Assembly: GCA_965207455.1 (NCBI GenBank)
Contig: CBDBMJ010000001.1
Location: 512,001-576,000, forward strand
Length of the DNA: 64,000 nucleotides
Source of the DNA: Bdellovibrionota bacterium
Lineage (GTDB): Bacteria; Bdellovibrionota; UBA1018; CAIPTA01; JAALKR01
Reading direction: 5' to 3'
Shown: positions 51,977 to 60,615 of the stretch, piece by piece
How the letters are laid out: each line of letters starts with the position of its first letter
Position numbering within the stretch: the first letter of the stretch is position 1
The notes under the pieces: model-generated
What the model saw: the letters and a program-made list of their open reading frames with translations, nothing else
What the model was told of the DNA's origin: nothing
The model's database searches: none
Translations under genes and position numbers: made by a program

Positions 51977-53758
51977 ATGAAAATGCAAACATTTATTTAT
52001 ATACTGATCCTAGTATTCTTTTTGGGTGGTTGTGGAGCCAATATAGCTGCTGATTTACCTGATTTGCCAGTAGACATTGACTATCTACTTAGGAGCAGTA
52101 CACCGTCTAATAGTAAGAGAATAGATATTAATCTTTCTGGTTTAACGGCGGGAAAAGTAGAAATATATACGGATAGTCTTTGTGGTATTGATAAAAAAAT
52201 AGGAGAGAGTACTGGAGATGGAGACATTAGCCTTACTTTAAAATCCACGGCTCTGGATGGTGTCTATGATTTTTATTTTATACACATTCCTTTGAGTGGA
52301 ATATCCACTGATTGTATTCCTACAAATATGGCCTATGAGTTGGATACAATAGTAAGCACTCCGTCTTTGGCATTAACAGGTGAGGCTCTTTCTAATCTTA
52401 GAAATCCACAATTGAGTGCCACTGAGGTGGAGGCTGGTGCCAGTATTGAATTATATTCCGATGATCTTTGTGAGCAGAAAATTCAATCCAATCTCGTTCC
52501 GCCAGAAGTGGCTAGCATAGAGATTAGGCCTCCTGAGTTGATTGCCGATGGTGTTTATAATTATTACTTGAAACAAACAGATGTGTTGGGAAATGTGTCT
52601 CCTTGTTCCTCTGGAGTCGTCTATACTTTGGACACGCAAGTTACAATACCTACTATAGTATTGCTCGATCCGTCGTCAGAGAATTTCAATAAGAGGAGAC
52701 CTGCTTTTGAAATTTCAGGTTTAGAAGAAAGTTCTGTAGTAAGTATATATTCCGATGATCAATGTTCCACGTTATTGGACTCCATTGTTGTAATGGGAAA
52801 TACGGGAAAAGTTCAGTTTTCTTCTAATATTGTGGCAAATGGTGATTATACTTATTATGCGAAGCAAGTGGATGTGTTAGGAAATATATCAACCTGTTCC
52901 GAGGGTTTATTATATGCGTTCCAAGCTCCGGTGGCTGTTGATATTTCTGCTGGTACTGATTATACCTGTGCGATTCTTTCCGATGGATCGGCTCAGTGTT
53001 GGGGAGATAATAGTTTGACTCAAATAGTGGTTCCAAGTATTAGCTCCACGGTTACTCAAATTTCGTCTGGTCAGTATCATAGCTGTGCTCTTCTTTCGGA
53101 CAACAGTGTGACTTGTTGGGGTAGTAACAGCAACGGGCGAAGAAATATTAGTACTATTGATCAGTTTGTCCAAGTTAGTGCTGGAAGTGTTCACACTTGT
53201 GCTATTTTAGAGGATGGGGCATCTATTCAGTGTCAGGGGTATAATTCGAATGGACGGACAGAACCGCCTAGTTTAGGTTCCAATACTGCAATTGAAATTT
53301 CTGCTGGTGCTTACCATACCTGTGCTATTCTTTCCGATGGAAGTGCTGTTTGTTGGGGAACGGATGCTTTTGGTGAAGCAACGGTGCCTAGTATAGATAC
53401 AAATACTTTCGTTCAAATTTCAGCTGGTGGACGGCATACTTGTGCTATTTTATCTGATGGAAGTGCAAAATGTTGGGGAGTGGATACTTACAGTATAGCT
53501 GAGGTGCCTGATATAGGCACGAATACCTTTACTCAAATTTCATCTGGAGATCAGAACGTTTGTGGTGTTTTATCTGATGGAAGTGCGGTTTGTTGGGGAA
53601 ATGTTGGTAACGGTCGGTCAACGGTGCCAGACGTGGGTACGAGGACTTTTGTTAAAATTAGTGCGGGTAGGTTGCACACCTGTGCCATTCTTTCCGATCA
53701 GTCCTCTATGTGTTGGGGAGACAATAATTCAGGTCAAACGAACGTGCCTGCTTTTTAG
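51977..53758 (+). CDS. Lipoprotein with about three Cys-paired Ig-like domains and a C-terminal RCC1-type beta-propeller
   Basis: Lipobox LGG-C; YELDT / YTLDT and KQ.DVLGN.S.C units; seven ~39-40 aa ISAG..HTCAILSDGSA.CWG repeats. Confidence 0.88.
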   Translation: MKMQTFIYILILVFFLGGCGANIAADLPDLPVDIDYLLRSSTPSNSKRIDINLSGLTAGKVEIYTDSLCGIDKKIGESTGDGDISLTLKSTALDGVYDFYFIHIPLSGISTDCIPTNMAYELDTIVSTPSLALTGEALSNLRNPQLSATEVEAGASIELYSDDLCEQKIQSNLVPPEVASIEIRPPELIADGVYNYYLKQTDVLGNVSPCSSGVVYTLDTQVTIPTIVLLDPSSENFNKRRPAFEISGLEESSVVSIYSDDQCSTLLDSIVVMGNTGKVQFSSNIVANGDYTYYAKQVDVLGNISTCSEGLLYAFQAPVAVDISAGTDYTCAILSDGSAQCWGDNSLTQIVVPSISSTVTQISSGQYHSCALLSDNSVTCWGSNSNGRRNISTIDQFVQVSAGSVHTCAILEDGASIQCQGYNSNGRTEPPSLGSNTAIEISAGAYHTCAILSDGSAVCWGTDAFGEATVPSIDTNTFVQISAGGRHTCAILSDGSAKCWGVDTYSIAEVPDIGTNTFTQISSGDQNVCGVLSDGSAVCWGNVGNGRSTVPDVGTRTFVKISAGRLHTCAILSDQSSMCWGDNNSGQTNVPAF

Positions 53759-53766
53759 CAGGCACG
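53743..53766 (-). terminator. Hairpin between convergent genes, probably terminating the minus-strand gene
   Basis: Perfect 10-bp stem CGTGCCTGCT-tttt-AGCAGGCACG; followed by TTCGTTT on the minus strand. Confidence 0.6.
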
Positions 53767-53818
53767 GGGGTGTTAGTGGCATAGGGGGTATTAGCCCAGG
53801 GTGAGTAAGTCTCTTCCC

Positions 53819-54241
53819 TTATCTTTTTTTCTTTCTTCTAGTGGTTTTCTTTTTGGTTGTTTTTTTGGTTGTTCTTTTCTTTTTGCTCGCTTTTTTCTTA
53901 GTTTTGGTGCGAATGGATTTTTGGGAGTCTTTAATATTTTGTAGCAGTCGTTGGGCAACTTTTTCCAACTCTTTTTGTCGAATTTTTATTTGCTTTTTCA
54001 TGGTTCTTACTTCGTTGGGAAGTGCTCTTATGAAGCGGTCCAGCTCTTTATTGCGAGTTTCCACATATTTTAGAAGGCGTTTCACATCCCCATTATTTTT
54101 TAGCTGTTTTTTCAGTACTCCGGTTTTCGAGCGAGCAAAATTCTTCATTTCCTTCACTACAGCACTTTTGTCTATGCGAGTTTTCATCATCTTTTGAGCG
54201 TCTCTTACTTTTTTTAGCATTTTATTTAAATCTCTTTTCAT
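53819..54241 (-). CDS. Highly basic coiled-coil protein with Lys/Arg/Thr-rich tail
   Basis: 140 aa ORF with AGGAGG RBS; tail KTKKKASKKKRTTKKTTKKKTTRRKKKR. Confidence 0.8.
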   Translation of the reverse strand: MKRDLNKMLKKVRDAQKMMKTRIDKSAVVKEMKNFARSKTGVLKKQLKNNGDVKRLLKYVETRNKELDRFIRALPNEVRTMKKQIKIRQKELEKVAQRLLQNIKDSQKSIRTKTKKKASKKKRTTKKTTKKKTTRRKKKR

Positions 54242-54321
54242 TTTTCCTCCTAGTTTATTTATTTCTGTGTGTTCGGATACAAGAATAGTATATGCTCTAA
54301 ATTATTCTAAATACAAGGCTT

Positions 54322-56001
54322 TTAATTAAAAATTGGAATTTGTTTGGTGATGGGATATCTTCTGCCCATGCCAAAAGCCTGCTGGCTTACCCGAAGGATG
54401 GGGGCGAATTGTTTTCGTTTATATTCCGACTGCCAAAGGCGTCGCTCTATATCGCTGAGAGTGGCTTTTTTCACCTTGAGACCATCGGACTGGAGTTGAG
54501 TCCAGCACTCCTCCAGTGTTTTTTCTTGTTCAATAAGATAGTACAGCATGGAATCCAAGTCCTTATAGGGAGGGAGTGTTTGTTGGTCGGTCTGATTTGG
54601 GCTTAATTCTGCCGAAGGTGCTTTTTTTATAGTATGTTCTGGAATTCTTTCTTTGGAAAGGTTCAAATGACGAGCCAATGCATAGACCTGGGTTTTGTAT
54701 AAATCTCCGATGGGGGCCAAGGCTCCGCACATGTCTCCATAGAGGGTGGCATATCCCATGGCTAGTTCCGATTTATTTCCTGTGGCAAGCAGTAGGGATT
54801 GGAACTTATTGGCTAGGGCCATGAGCAATAGGCCCCGGGTTCGGGCCTGGATATTTTCTTCTGTTACGTCCCGGGTTCTTCCTTCAAAGTAGGGCTTAAG
54901 TGTCATCTTGATCACACTATCTAGAAATTTAATGGGAATGGTATATAGCTGTATGCCAAGATTGCTTACTAGGGCTTCCGTGTCCGTCACGCTATGGGAT
55001 GAGGAGTGGGGGCCTGGTAGAGTTACACCCAGTATATTTTCGGGGCCCACGGCATCTGCTGCTAGGGCGGCCACTACGGCAGAATCAATTCCACCGGAGA
55101 GGCCCAGGATAATTTTTTTGAATTTATTTTTTGCCATATAGTCTTGGATGCCCATGCATAGAGCTCTTTTTATTTCTTCCATTTCACTCAATGTTTCTTC
55201 TTTGCTGGGTTTAGGGCTTGTGATTTTTTTTTCCAAGTCTATGTATAGTACATCTTCCACAAATCTTTTACCTTCAATGATTGTGGTTTTATCCATGACG
55301 AATTGGTCGCCGTCGAAGATCAGTTCGTCTTGGGCTCCAGATTGGCTTACATAGAGTGTGGTTATTTGCTTGGCTCCGGATTGAATCATGCGTCTCCGAC
55401 GGTCTTTTTGACCTATACTAAAGGGAGAGGCTGAAATATTTATGGCAAAGTGGCACTTGGCTCGGACTAAGTCTGCTACAGGATTATCCACATAGAGCTT
55501 ACGATTATACTTTTCTTCTTTTTCCCAAGAATCTTCACAAATAAGCAGTCCAATTTTTTTCTCTTGAAAAAGAATGGGACCTAAAAAGTTTTGGGGCAAA
55601 TTTTTAGCAGAGGCAAAATAGCGTTGTTCATTGAAAATAGTATAATTGGGGATCAGGGTTTTTGCTCTATAGGTAATTGTTCCTCCTTGTATAAAGGCAG
55701 CGCAGTTGACTAGAGGTGGCCCGCTGTTGGTGGGATTACTCACTATGGTTCCAACCACCACGCCTAAATGTTTAAAGGGAGGTTTGTTTAGAAATGTGGC
55801 TAAATCATCGAGTTGTTTTTTTGCAAACTGAGGAAAGGAGGGGCGTAGTAATAGATCCTGTGGAGGGTATCCAATCAGGGCTAGTTCAGGGAAGACAACA
55901 AGATTGGCGTTTTGAGCTTCTTGGCAAAAATCACAGACCTTTTTTAAATTGCCAGAAAAATCTCCGACAATGGGATTAAGGGTAATGAGAGCTATTTTCA
56001 T
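54322..56001 (-). CDS. nadE: Glutamine-dependent NAD+ synthetase
   Basis: Nitrilase domain (FPEL..GYPP, ICED) plus LSGGIDS, ENIQAR, TGNKSE, APSAEL; start MKIAL at 56001. Confidence 0.96.
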   Translation of the reverse strand: MKIALITLNPIVGDFSGNLKKVCDFCQEAQNANLVVFPELALIGYPPQDLLLRPSFPQFAKKQLDDLATFLNKPPFKHLGVVVGTIVSNPTNSGPPLVNCAAFIQGGTITYRAKTLIPNYTIFNEQRYFASAKNLPQNFLGPILFQEKKIGLLICEDSWEKEEKYNRKLYVDNPVADLVRAKCHFAINISASPFSIGQKDRRRRMIQSGAKQITTLYVSQSGAQDELIFDGDQFVMDKTTIIEGKRFVEDVLYIDLEKKITSPKPSKEETLSEMEEIKRALCMGIQDYMAKNKFKKIILGLSGGIDSAVVAALAADAVGPENILGVTLPGPHSSSHSVTDTEALVSNLGIQLYTIPIKFLDSVIKMTLKPYFEGRTRDVTEENIQARTRGLLLMALANKFQSLLLATGNKSELAMGYATLYGDMCGALAPIGDLYKTQVYALARHLNLSKERIPEHTIKKAPSAELSPNQTDQQTLPPYKDLDSMLYYLIEQEKTLEECWTQLQSDGLKVKKATLSDIERRLWQSEYKRKQFAPILRVSQQAFGMGRRYPITKQIPIFN

Positions 56002-56005
56002 TTCT

Positions 56006-56434
56006 CTATTTCCGTGAGATAAGCTCCTGATCGTCGAAAAAATAAGCCAACTCTCGTACAGCAGAAGTTGTGGAATCGCTACCATGAACTGCATTTGCCT
56101 CAATGCCTTCTCCAAAATCTTTTCGAATGGTGCCTGCATTGGCTTTTTCGGGGTCTGTTTCTCCCATGATTGTTCTATTTTTGTTTACAGCGTCTTCTCC
56201 ACGTAGAGCCAGTATTAGTATTGGACCACTTGTCATAAAGGTGATTAAGCTTTGAAAAAATGGACGTTCTTTGTGTTCGATATAAAAACCTTCTGCTTTT
56301 TCCTTAGGAAGATGGATCATTCGGGCTCCCACTATTTCTAAGTTATTTTCTTCGAATCGGCTTAGAATTTTGCCGATATTATTTTTCTGTACAGCATTGG
56401 GTTTAATCATTGAAAAAGTTGTTTCTATGGACAT
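56006..56434 (-). CDS. ndk: Nucleoside diphosphate kinase
   Basis: [29 protein letters not shown]; start MSIET at 56434 after AGGAG. Confidence 0.98.
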   Translation of the reverse strand: MSIETTFSMIKPNAVQKNNIGKILSRFEENNLEIVGARMIHLPKEKAEGFYIEHKERPFFQSLITFMTSGPILILALRGEDAVNKNRTIMGETDPEKANAGTIRKDFGEGIEANAVHGSDSTTSAVRELAYFFDDQELISRK

Positions 56435-56694
56435 AAGTATATTTCTCCTAGTTGAAATGTAAGGCATTTATGACAAAAAAAACCCACTTTGACAAGCCCG
56501 AATGGGTCATAAAAGAAGAAGAACCCGCCCCCATGCCGATTATTCTTCTGTTTTTCCCGGTATTTTGAGGTTGCTGGAAGAGCAGGAGGAGTTAATGCGC
56601 CGAGCTATTGCGGTGAAATTATAGGAGTTAAGAGCAAATGAACGTAGTCTCTTTATTTATTCTTGTTTGATATTATGCATATTGGGTTCGTAGA

Positions 56695-57651
56695 TCATCT
56701 TCCTGGGAAGCTGAATGTTCGAGAGCTGCTGCGTTTTTTCCTTTTGCTCTTGTTTTTGCTTTGGCATCTTTTCACGTTGTGGGTCATAGAGCCAATGGCA
56801 GCGATAATGAATGTAATGTCTTTTTTACCTTCCGCAGTTCTTATGGTTCCATCTGAACTAATTTTTGTTAGATTTCTTTTTCCAAGGCGAATAGCTTTTT
56901 CAAAATGCGGAATAAGATTATCTTGGTAGCACTTTGTTGATTTCCTTTTTAATCTAGCTAGTTTATCGAGGACGCCTTTCAGATTCTTTTCACAAACTTC
57001 TTCAAGACTTTTTCCTTTACTAGTTCTTATGAGCAGTTTTTTTCTCCATTGTGCTGGATTGGTTTTTTGAGGGTCATAGCTTAGGGTGCGAAAAGTACCA
57101 TTGCGACTAAAGAGTGAGAAGTAAGAGTTTTGAGAGGAAAGTACTGTGCCCTTTTTATCATGAAAAAGATTTTTTGCTATATTAAGTGCTTGGACATCAC
57201 GATAGCAAGGACGAATTGGATCATGCCCCAAGGTTTTTACGTTTGCATTTTTTGCCATTAAGCAGCTGTATTGACGAAGTATGTTTTCCCCTTTTCTAGT
57301 CTTAGCTTCAGGGATATTATTGAAACCAAAGCCATAAAAAGAAAGATTTTTTATTTTATTACATCCTCTTGATAAACTTTTGAATTTACCTTCCAAAGAA
57401 TCGGATAGGGGATAATGTTTGTTAAAAGTGTTAATATTTTTGATCCAGTAAATTTGCGAAGCATTACCACATTTTCTTCTTGCTTGAGCTATCGCTTGTT
57501 TTCCATCTTTTTGGATACGTTTGCTTACAAAGCACACATTGAGTTCTTTAGAAACACTACACTCGTTACAGACACTCTCCTCAGCTAGTGCTGGAAGGGA
57601 AGTGATGATTAGAAATAGGAGGAAGGGATGGAGAAAGAAATTATATTTCAT
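56695..57651 (-). CDS. Secreted basic Cys-containing hypothetical protein
   Basis: 318 aa ORF with signal peptide; overlaps the upstream gene end and has GGAG RBS. Confidence 0.7.
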   Translation of the reverse strand: MKYNFFLHPFLLFLIITSLPALAEESVCNECSVSKELNVCFVSKRIQKDGKQAIAQARRKCGNASQIYWIKNINTFNKHYPLSDSLEGKFKSLSRGCNKIKNLSFYGFGFNNIPEAKTRKGENILRQYSCLMAKNANVKTLGHDPIRPCYRDVQALNIAKNLFHDKKGTVLSSQNSYFSLFSRNGTFRTLSYDPQKTNPAQWRKKLLIRTSKGKSLEEVCEKNLKGVLDKLARLKRKSTKCYQDNLIPHFEKAIRLGKRNLTKISSDGTIRTAEGKKDITFIIAAIGSMTHNVKRCQSKNKSKRKKRSSSRTFSFPGR

Positions 57652-58324
57652 GTCGTTTTACTAATGAACTTAGTCTCCTTTTTTGTTTTTGAGAAGTTTC
57701 ACGCTTTTTGGATATCATATAGGCACTTTGGGCTAAGCCAGTAGAGATTTCATGAATTGCGTCTACTTGTTTAAATAAAGCATTGCATTTGGGAGTGTTT
57801 ATTTTTTCTTGGCTCGAACAAGCGGCAGCCCATTTATTATAATGTTTTTGTAAAACTTCTGTTCTGATAGTGTGGTTAAGTACCAATAAGCTGTAAAATA
57901 AACGCAAGCTTGGGTCTTTTTTCATCTCTTTTTGTGTTTTCTGGACAAAGCGCCACTGTTCCCACACGTTATTTATTTGTCTCTGGCACTCCTCTTCCTG
58001 TTGTTTTCTTTCCCTACAGTTGTTATGAATTTTTTTTACTTTTGCTTGGAATTCTTGGTATATTTTTTTTGTGCCCTTGAGTAGAGCATACTTATAGAGT
58101 CTGGTACGAGAAACCTTTTCTCCCTTAAAGACGGCATTATAGGCTTGTCTGAGGGAGATTCCTGTGTCTGTGGCAATATTATTGTAAAGAGTTTGGCTCA
58201 ATGTTTTTTTTGGAGGGTTTTTTCCATGGGCTATGGGTAGGCATAAAACAATAGATAAAAAAACAATACAGAGTGAATGGGAAGAGGATGGGAGAATAGA
58301 AAACATATTACTAGTATGTGGCAT
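57641..58324 (-). CDS. Secreted helical hypothetical protein
   Basis: 227 aa ORF with hydrophobic leader and paired cysteines. Confidence 0.65.
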   Translation of the reverse strand: MPHTSNMFSILPSSSHSLCIVFLSIVLCLPIAHGKNPPKKTLSQTLYNNIATDTGISLRQAYNAVFKGEKVSRTRLYKYALLKGTKKIYQEFQAKVKKIHNNCRERKQQEEECQRQINNVWEQWRFVQKTQKEMKKDPSLRLFYSLLVLNHTIRTEVLQKHYNKWAAACSSQEKINTPKCNALFKQVDAIHEISTGLAQSAYMISKKRETSQKQKRRLSSLVKRHEI

Positions 58325-58397
58325 GGCAGGGATTAGCGCAAAGTTTTTTAGAGCATAATTTCAATTATTTCACCCATTTTCGTGATGTTTTATCACT

Positions 58398-58436
58398 TAT
58401 CGTGTAGAGCGTATTGGTTAAAGCTTAGTATTTTTC
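58398..58436. repeat. 39-bp direct repeat, left copy
   Basis: TATCGTGTAGAGCGTATTGGTTAAAGCTTAGTATTTTTC, 36/39 identical to 59234-59272. Confidence 0.93.
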
Positions 58437-58445
58437 CTTTCTTAA

Positions 58446-58466
58446 AATATAGTAATCTACTATATT
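58446..58466 (+). promoter_or_regulatory. Palindromic operator upstream of higB (probable HigA autorepression site)
   Basis: Perfect inverted repeat AATATAGTA-atc-TACTATATT ending 7 nt before the higB ATG. Confidence 0.65.
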
Positions 58467-58473
58467 CTGAAAA

Positions 58474-58746
58474 ATGAATGTTATGGGTAAGGGAGCCATA
58501 GTTGCTTTCAAAAGGAAGCATGCAAATAGTGAAAAAGCACTGGATAGATGGATGAAGCTGATAGGAGAAGCTGAATTTAAGAACCCTCAAGGTATGAAAC
58601 AAGTATTTGGGAATAAAGTGGATTTTATAAGCAGACAAACTGTGTTTAACATCGGAGGTAATAAATTTCGATTGATAGCGAAAGTAAGCTTTGAAACTGT
58701 TCTTGTAACTCATATTTTGACCCACAAAGAGTATATGAATAAATAG
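58474..58746 (+). CDS. higB: Type II toxin HigB (RelE-like mRNA interferase)
   Basis: 90 aa; L..W......A.F.NP, VFNIGGNKFRLI, ILTHKEY; toxin-first gene order. Confidence 0.92.
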   Translation: MNVMGKGAIVAFKRKHANSEKALDRWMKLIGEAEFKNPQGMKQVFGNKVDFISRQTVFNIGGNKFRLIAKVSFETVLVTHILTHKEYMNK

Positions 58747-58758
58747 AAGGAATAAAAC

Positions 58759-59211
58759 ATGAGTACCGCAAAGAATCTGATAAATGCATTGAAAAAAGAG
58801 GTATCCCTGCAAAAGGTAAACCCCACTTATATGGAGCTTATAAAAATATTCCCCATCCAGCCCATTACCTCAAAGAATCAATATAAAATAGCCCTCCATA
58901 CTCTGGAAAAAATTATTTCTCATATCAACGAAGAAGGAAGTTCTAATAAAGGAGTTGAAGATTATTTTGATATTTTAGTTAAATTAGTTAGTGATTATGA
59001 AAAAATTCAATTCAAACCCTCTGTAGTTAGTGGAACTGAAATGCTTTCCTATTTGATGGAACTGCAAGGACTGAATCAAAGTGACCTTTCTAGGGAACTT
59101 GGTGGGCAACCCGTGGTTTCAAAAATTTTAAAGGGAGAACGGGAATTAAATATTCGTCAAATTAAAGCTCTTGCCAAGCGATTCAAAGTTTCTCCTAAAG
59201 TGTTTCTTTAA
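58759..59211 (+). CDS. higA: Type II antitoxin HigA (HTH-XRE)
   Basis: PI....QY..AL, LV..YE, LMELQGLNQSDL...G....VSKIL.GERELN...I..LA.RF. Confidence 0.92.
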   Translation: MSTAKNLINALKKEVSLQKVNPTYMELIKIFPIQPITSKNQYKIALHTLEKIISHINEEGSSNKGVEDYFDILVKLVSDYEKIQFKPSVVSGTEMLSYLMELQGLNQSDLSRELGGQPVVSKILKGERELNIRQIKALAKRFKVSPKVFL

Positions 59212-59233
59212 TTTTATTCTAAAAAATAAACTA

Positions 59234-59272
59234 TATCGTGTAGAGCGTATTGGCTAAAATTTAGTATTTTTC
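59234..59272. repeat. 39-bp direct repeat, right copy, overlapping the hutF stop codon
   Basis: TATCGTGTAGAGCGTATTGGCTAAAATTTAGTATTTTTC; includes hutF codons KNTKF and stop on the minus strand. Confidence 0.93.
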
Positions 59273-60615
59273 AATGCTCTTGAAAAATTAGATGCAATTT
59301 CATAGTGTTTATTTTTTGTGTGGCATTGGCCAGCCACAATGGTTGTTTGAATGGCTGTGGAGTCGCTGGAATAGAGAAAAGTGGATAATTTTCTTTGGAG
59401 TTGGGCTCCTTCAATGAGAGGAGAGTTTATTACAACAGCGTCTAAGGGTTGCCCCACTGAGAAGTATTCTGTATGGGAATTTCCCATTGCGGCTCGTCCC
59501 CAACGAATACTTTCATGAAAAGAAATATTTCCACTGTCTTCCTCTGGATGCAAACAAAATATATTTCGTTTTTCTTTTTGTAGGCGCTGGCCATAGTCTA
59601 ACCATCGGAGTTCTTCCATGGGGCTTAGGCTCACATGGCTGTCTGTTCCTATGCACCACCGTCCTCCTGCTTTCCAAAAAGGTTCCATGGCAAAGAAACC
59701 GTCGCCTAGATTTCCCTCAGTAGAGGGGCAAAGCACTACGGTGGCTTTTGCGTTTACCAAAGCTTGTATTTCTTTTTCGTTGGTATGCGTGGCATGGACG
59801 AGAAAAAAATTTTCTCCCACTTGAGTGTTTTCTAGTAACCATTCCACAGGACGTTTTCCCAGGGCTTTTGTACAATCCTCCACTTCTTTTCTTTGTTCTG
59901 CAATATGGATATGCAGGGGGATAGCCAATGAGGAAGAAAGTGAGGCAATTTCTTGCACATCTTTTGGTTTGGCTGCTCGTAGGGAGTGTATTGCCATACC
60001 CAGTTGCACGTTACTGTATCCTTGGGTCATCTTTTTTGTAGCTTCCCATAGAGAAAGATAATCTTCCACAGATTTACTTAAGAAGCGGCGTTGCTGGGAA
60101 TTTGCTGGGCTTTGAAAATTACTTTGGGAGTAAAAAACGGGAAGGAGGGTGAGGCGAATCCCTGCTCGTTGGGCTGCTCGTACTAGGCGCTCTCCCATTT
60201 CTGCGGGGTTGTTGTAGGGATTGCCGTAGGGGTCGTGGTGGAGGTAGTGAAACTCAGCCACTGAGGTATAACCGTGACGGATCATTTCTACATATAACTG
60301 AGTGGCAATAGCTTCCATGTCCTCAGGGCTAAGGCTTTCTGCTAGCCCGTACATGGACTTTCGCCAAGACCAAAAATTATTTTCCTTGTGGCTGGGATGG
60401 GCGTATTCCGTTTGCCCAGCCATTGCATACTGGAAGGCGTGAGAATGGGCGTTTTGAAAACCAGGAATGGCCCAAGCATAACGGGTTGGTTCTTGATCTT
60501 TGTTTTTTGAGGAGGATATGCGAATAATAATACCCTTGTCATCTGTTTCCACAAAAGCAGGGCTTAGCCATTGTGCTTTTTTTTGCAATAATCCCTCAAA
60601 GCGCCAATGCTTCAT
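59254..60615 (-). CDS. hutF: Formimidoylglutamate deiminase
   Basis: PGFQNAHSHAFQ, FWSWR, AEFHYLHH, HSLRA, HIHIAEQ, CPSTEGNLGDG, GTDSH. Confidence 0.95.
   Translation of the reverse strand: MKHWRFEGLLQKKAQWLSPAFVETDDKGIIIRISSSKNKDQEPTRYAWAIPGFQNAHSHAFQYAMAGQTEYAHPSHKENNFWSWRKSMYGLAESLSPEDMEAIATQLYVEMIRHGYTSVAEFHYLHHDPYGNPYNNPAEMGERLVRAAQRAGIRLTLLPVFYSQSNFQSPANSQQRRFLSKSVEDYLSLWEATKKMTQGYSNVQLGMAIHSLRAAKPKDVQEIASLSSSLAIPLHIHIAEQRKEVEDCTKALGKRPVEWLLENTQVGENFFLVHATHTNEKEIQALVNAKATVVLCPSTEGNLGDGFFAMEPFWKAGGRWCIGTDSHVSLSPMEELRWLDYGQRLQKEKRNIFCLHPEEDSGNISFHESIRWGRAAMGNSHTEYFSVGQPLDAVVINSPLIEGAQLQRKLSTFLYSSDSTAIQTTIVAGQCHTKNKHYEIASNFSRALKNTKF

Larger units (their letters stand above)
58398..59272. 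mobile_element. Putative integrated TA cassette (836-bp unit) at the 3' end of hutF
   Basis: higBA is the only content between two 39-bp direct repeats; no recombinase gene inside. Confidence 0.6.

Noticed and set aside
53841..54197. Hydrophobic 118-aa plus-strand ORF
   Set aside because: Phe/Leu richness simply mirrors the Lys codons of the real minus-strand gene
58393..58812. 139-aa minus-strand ORF over higB
   Set aside because: Antisense shadow of higB/higA with no protein-family features
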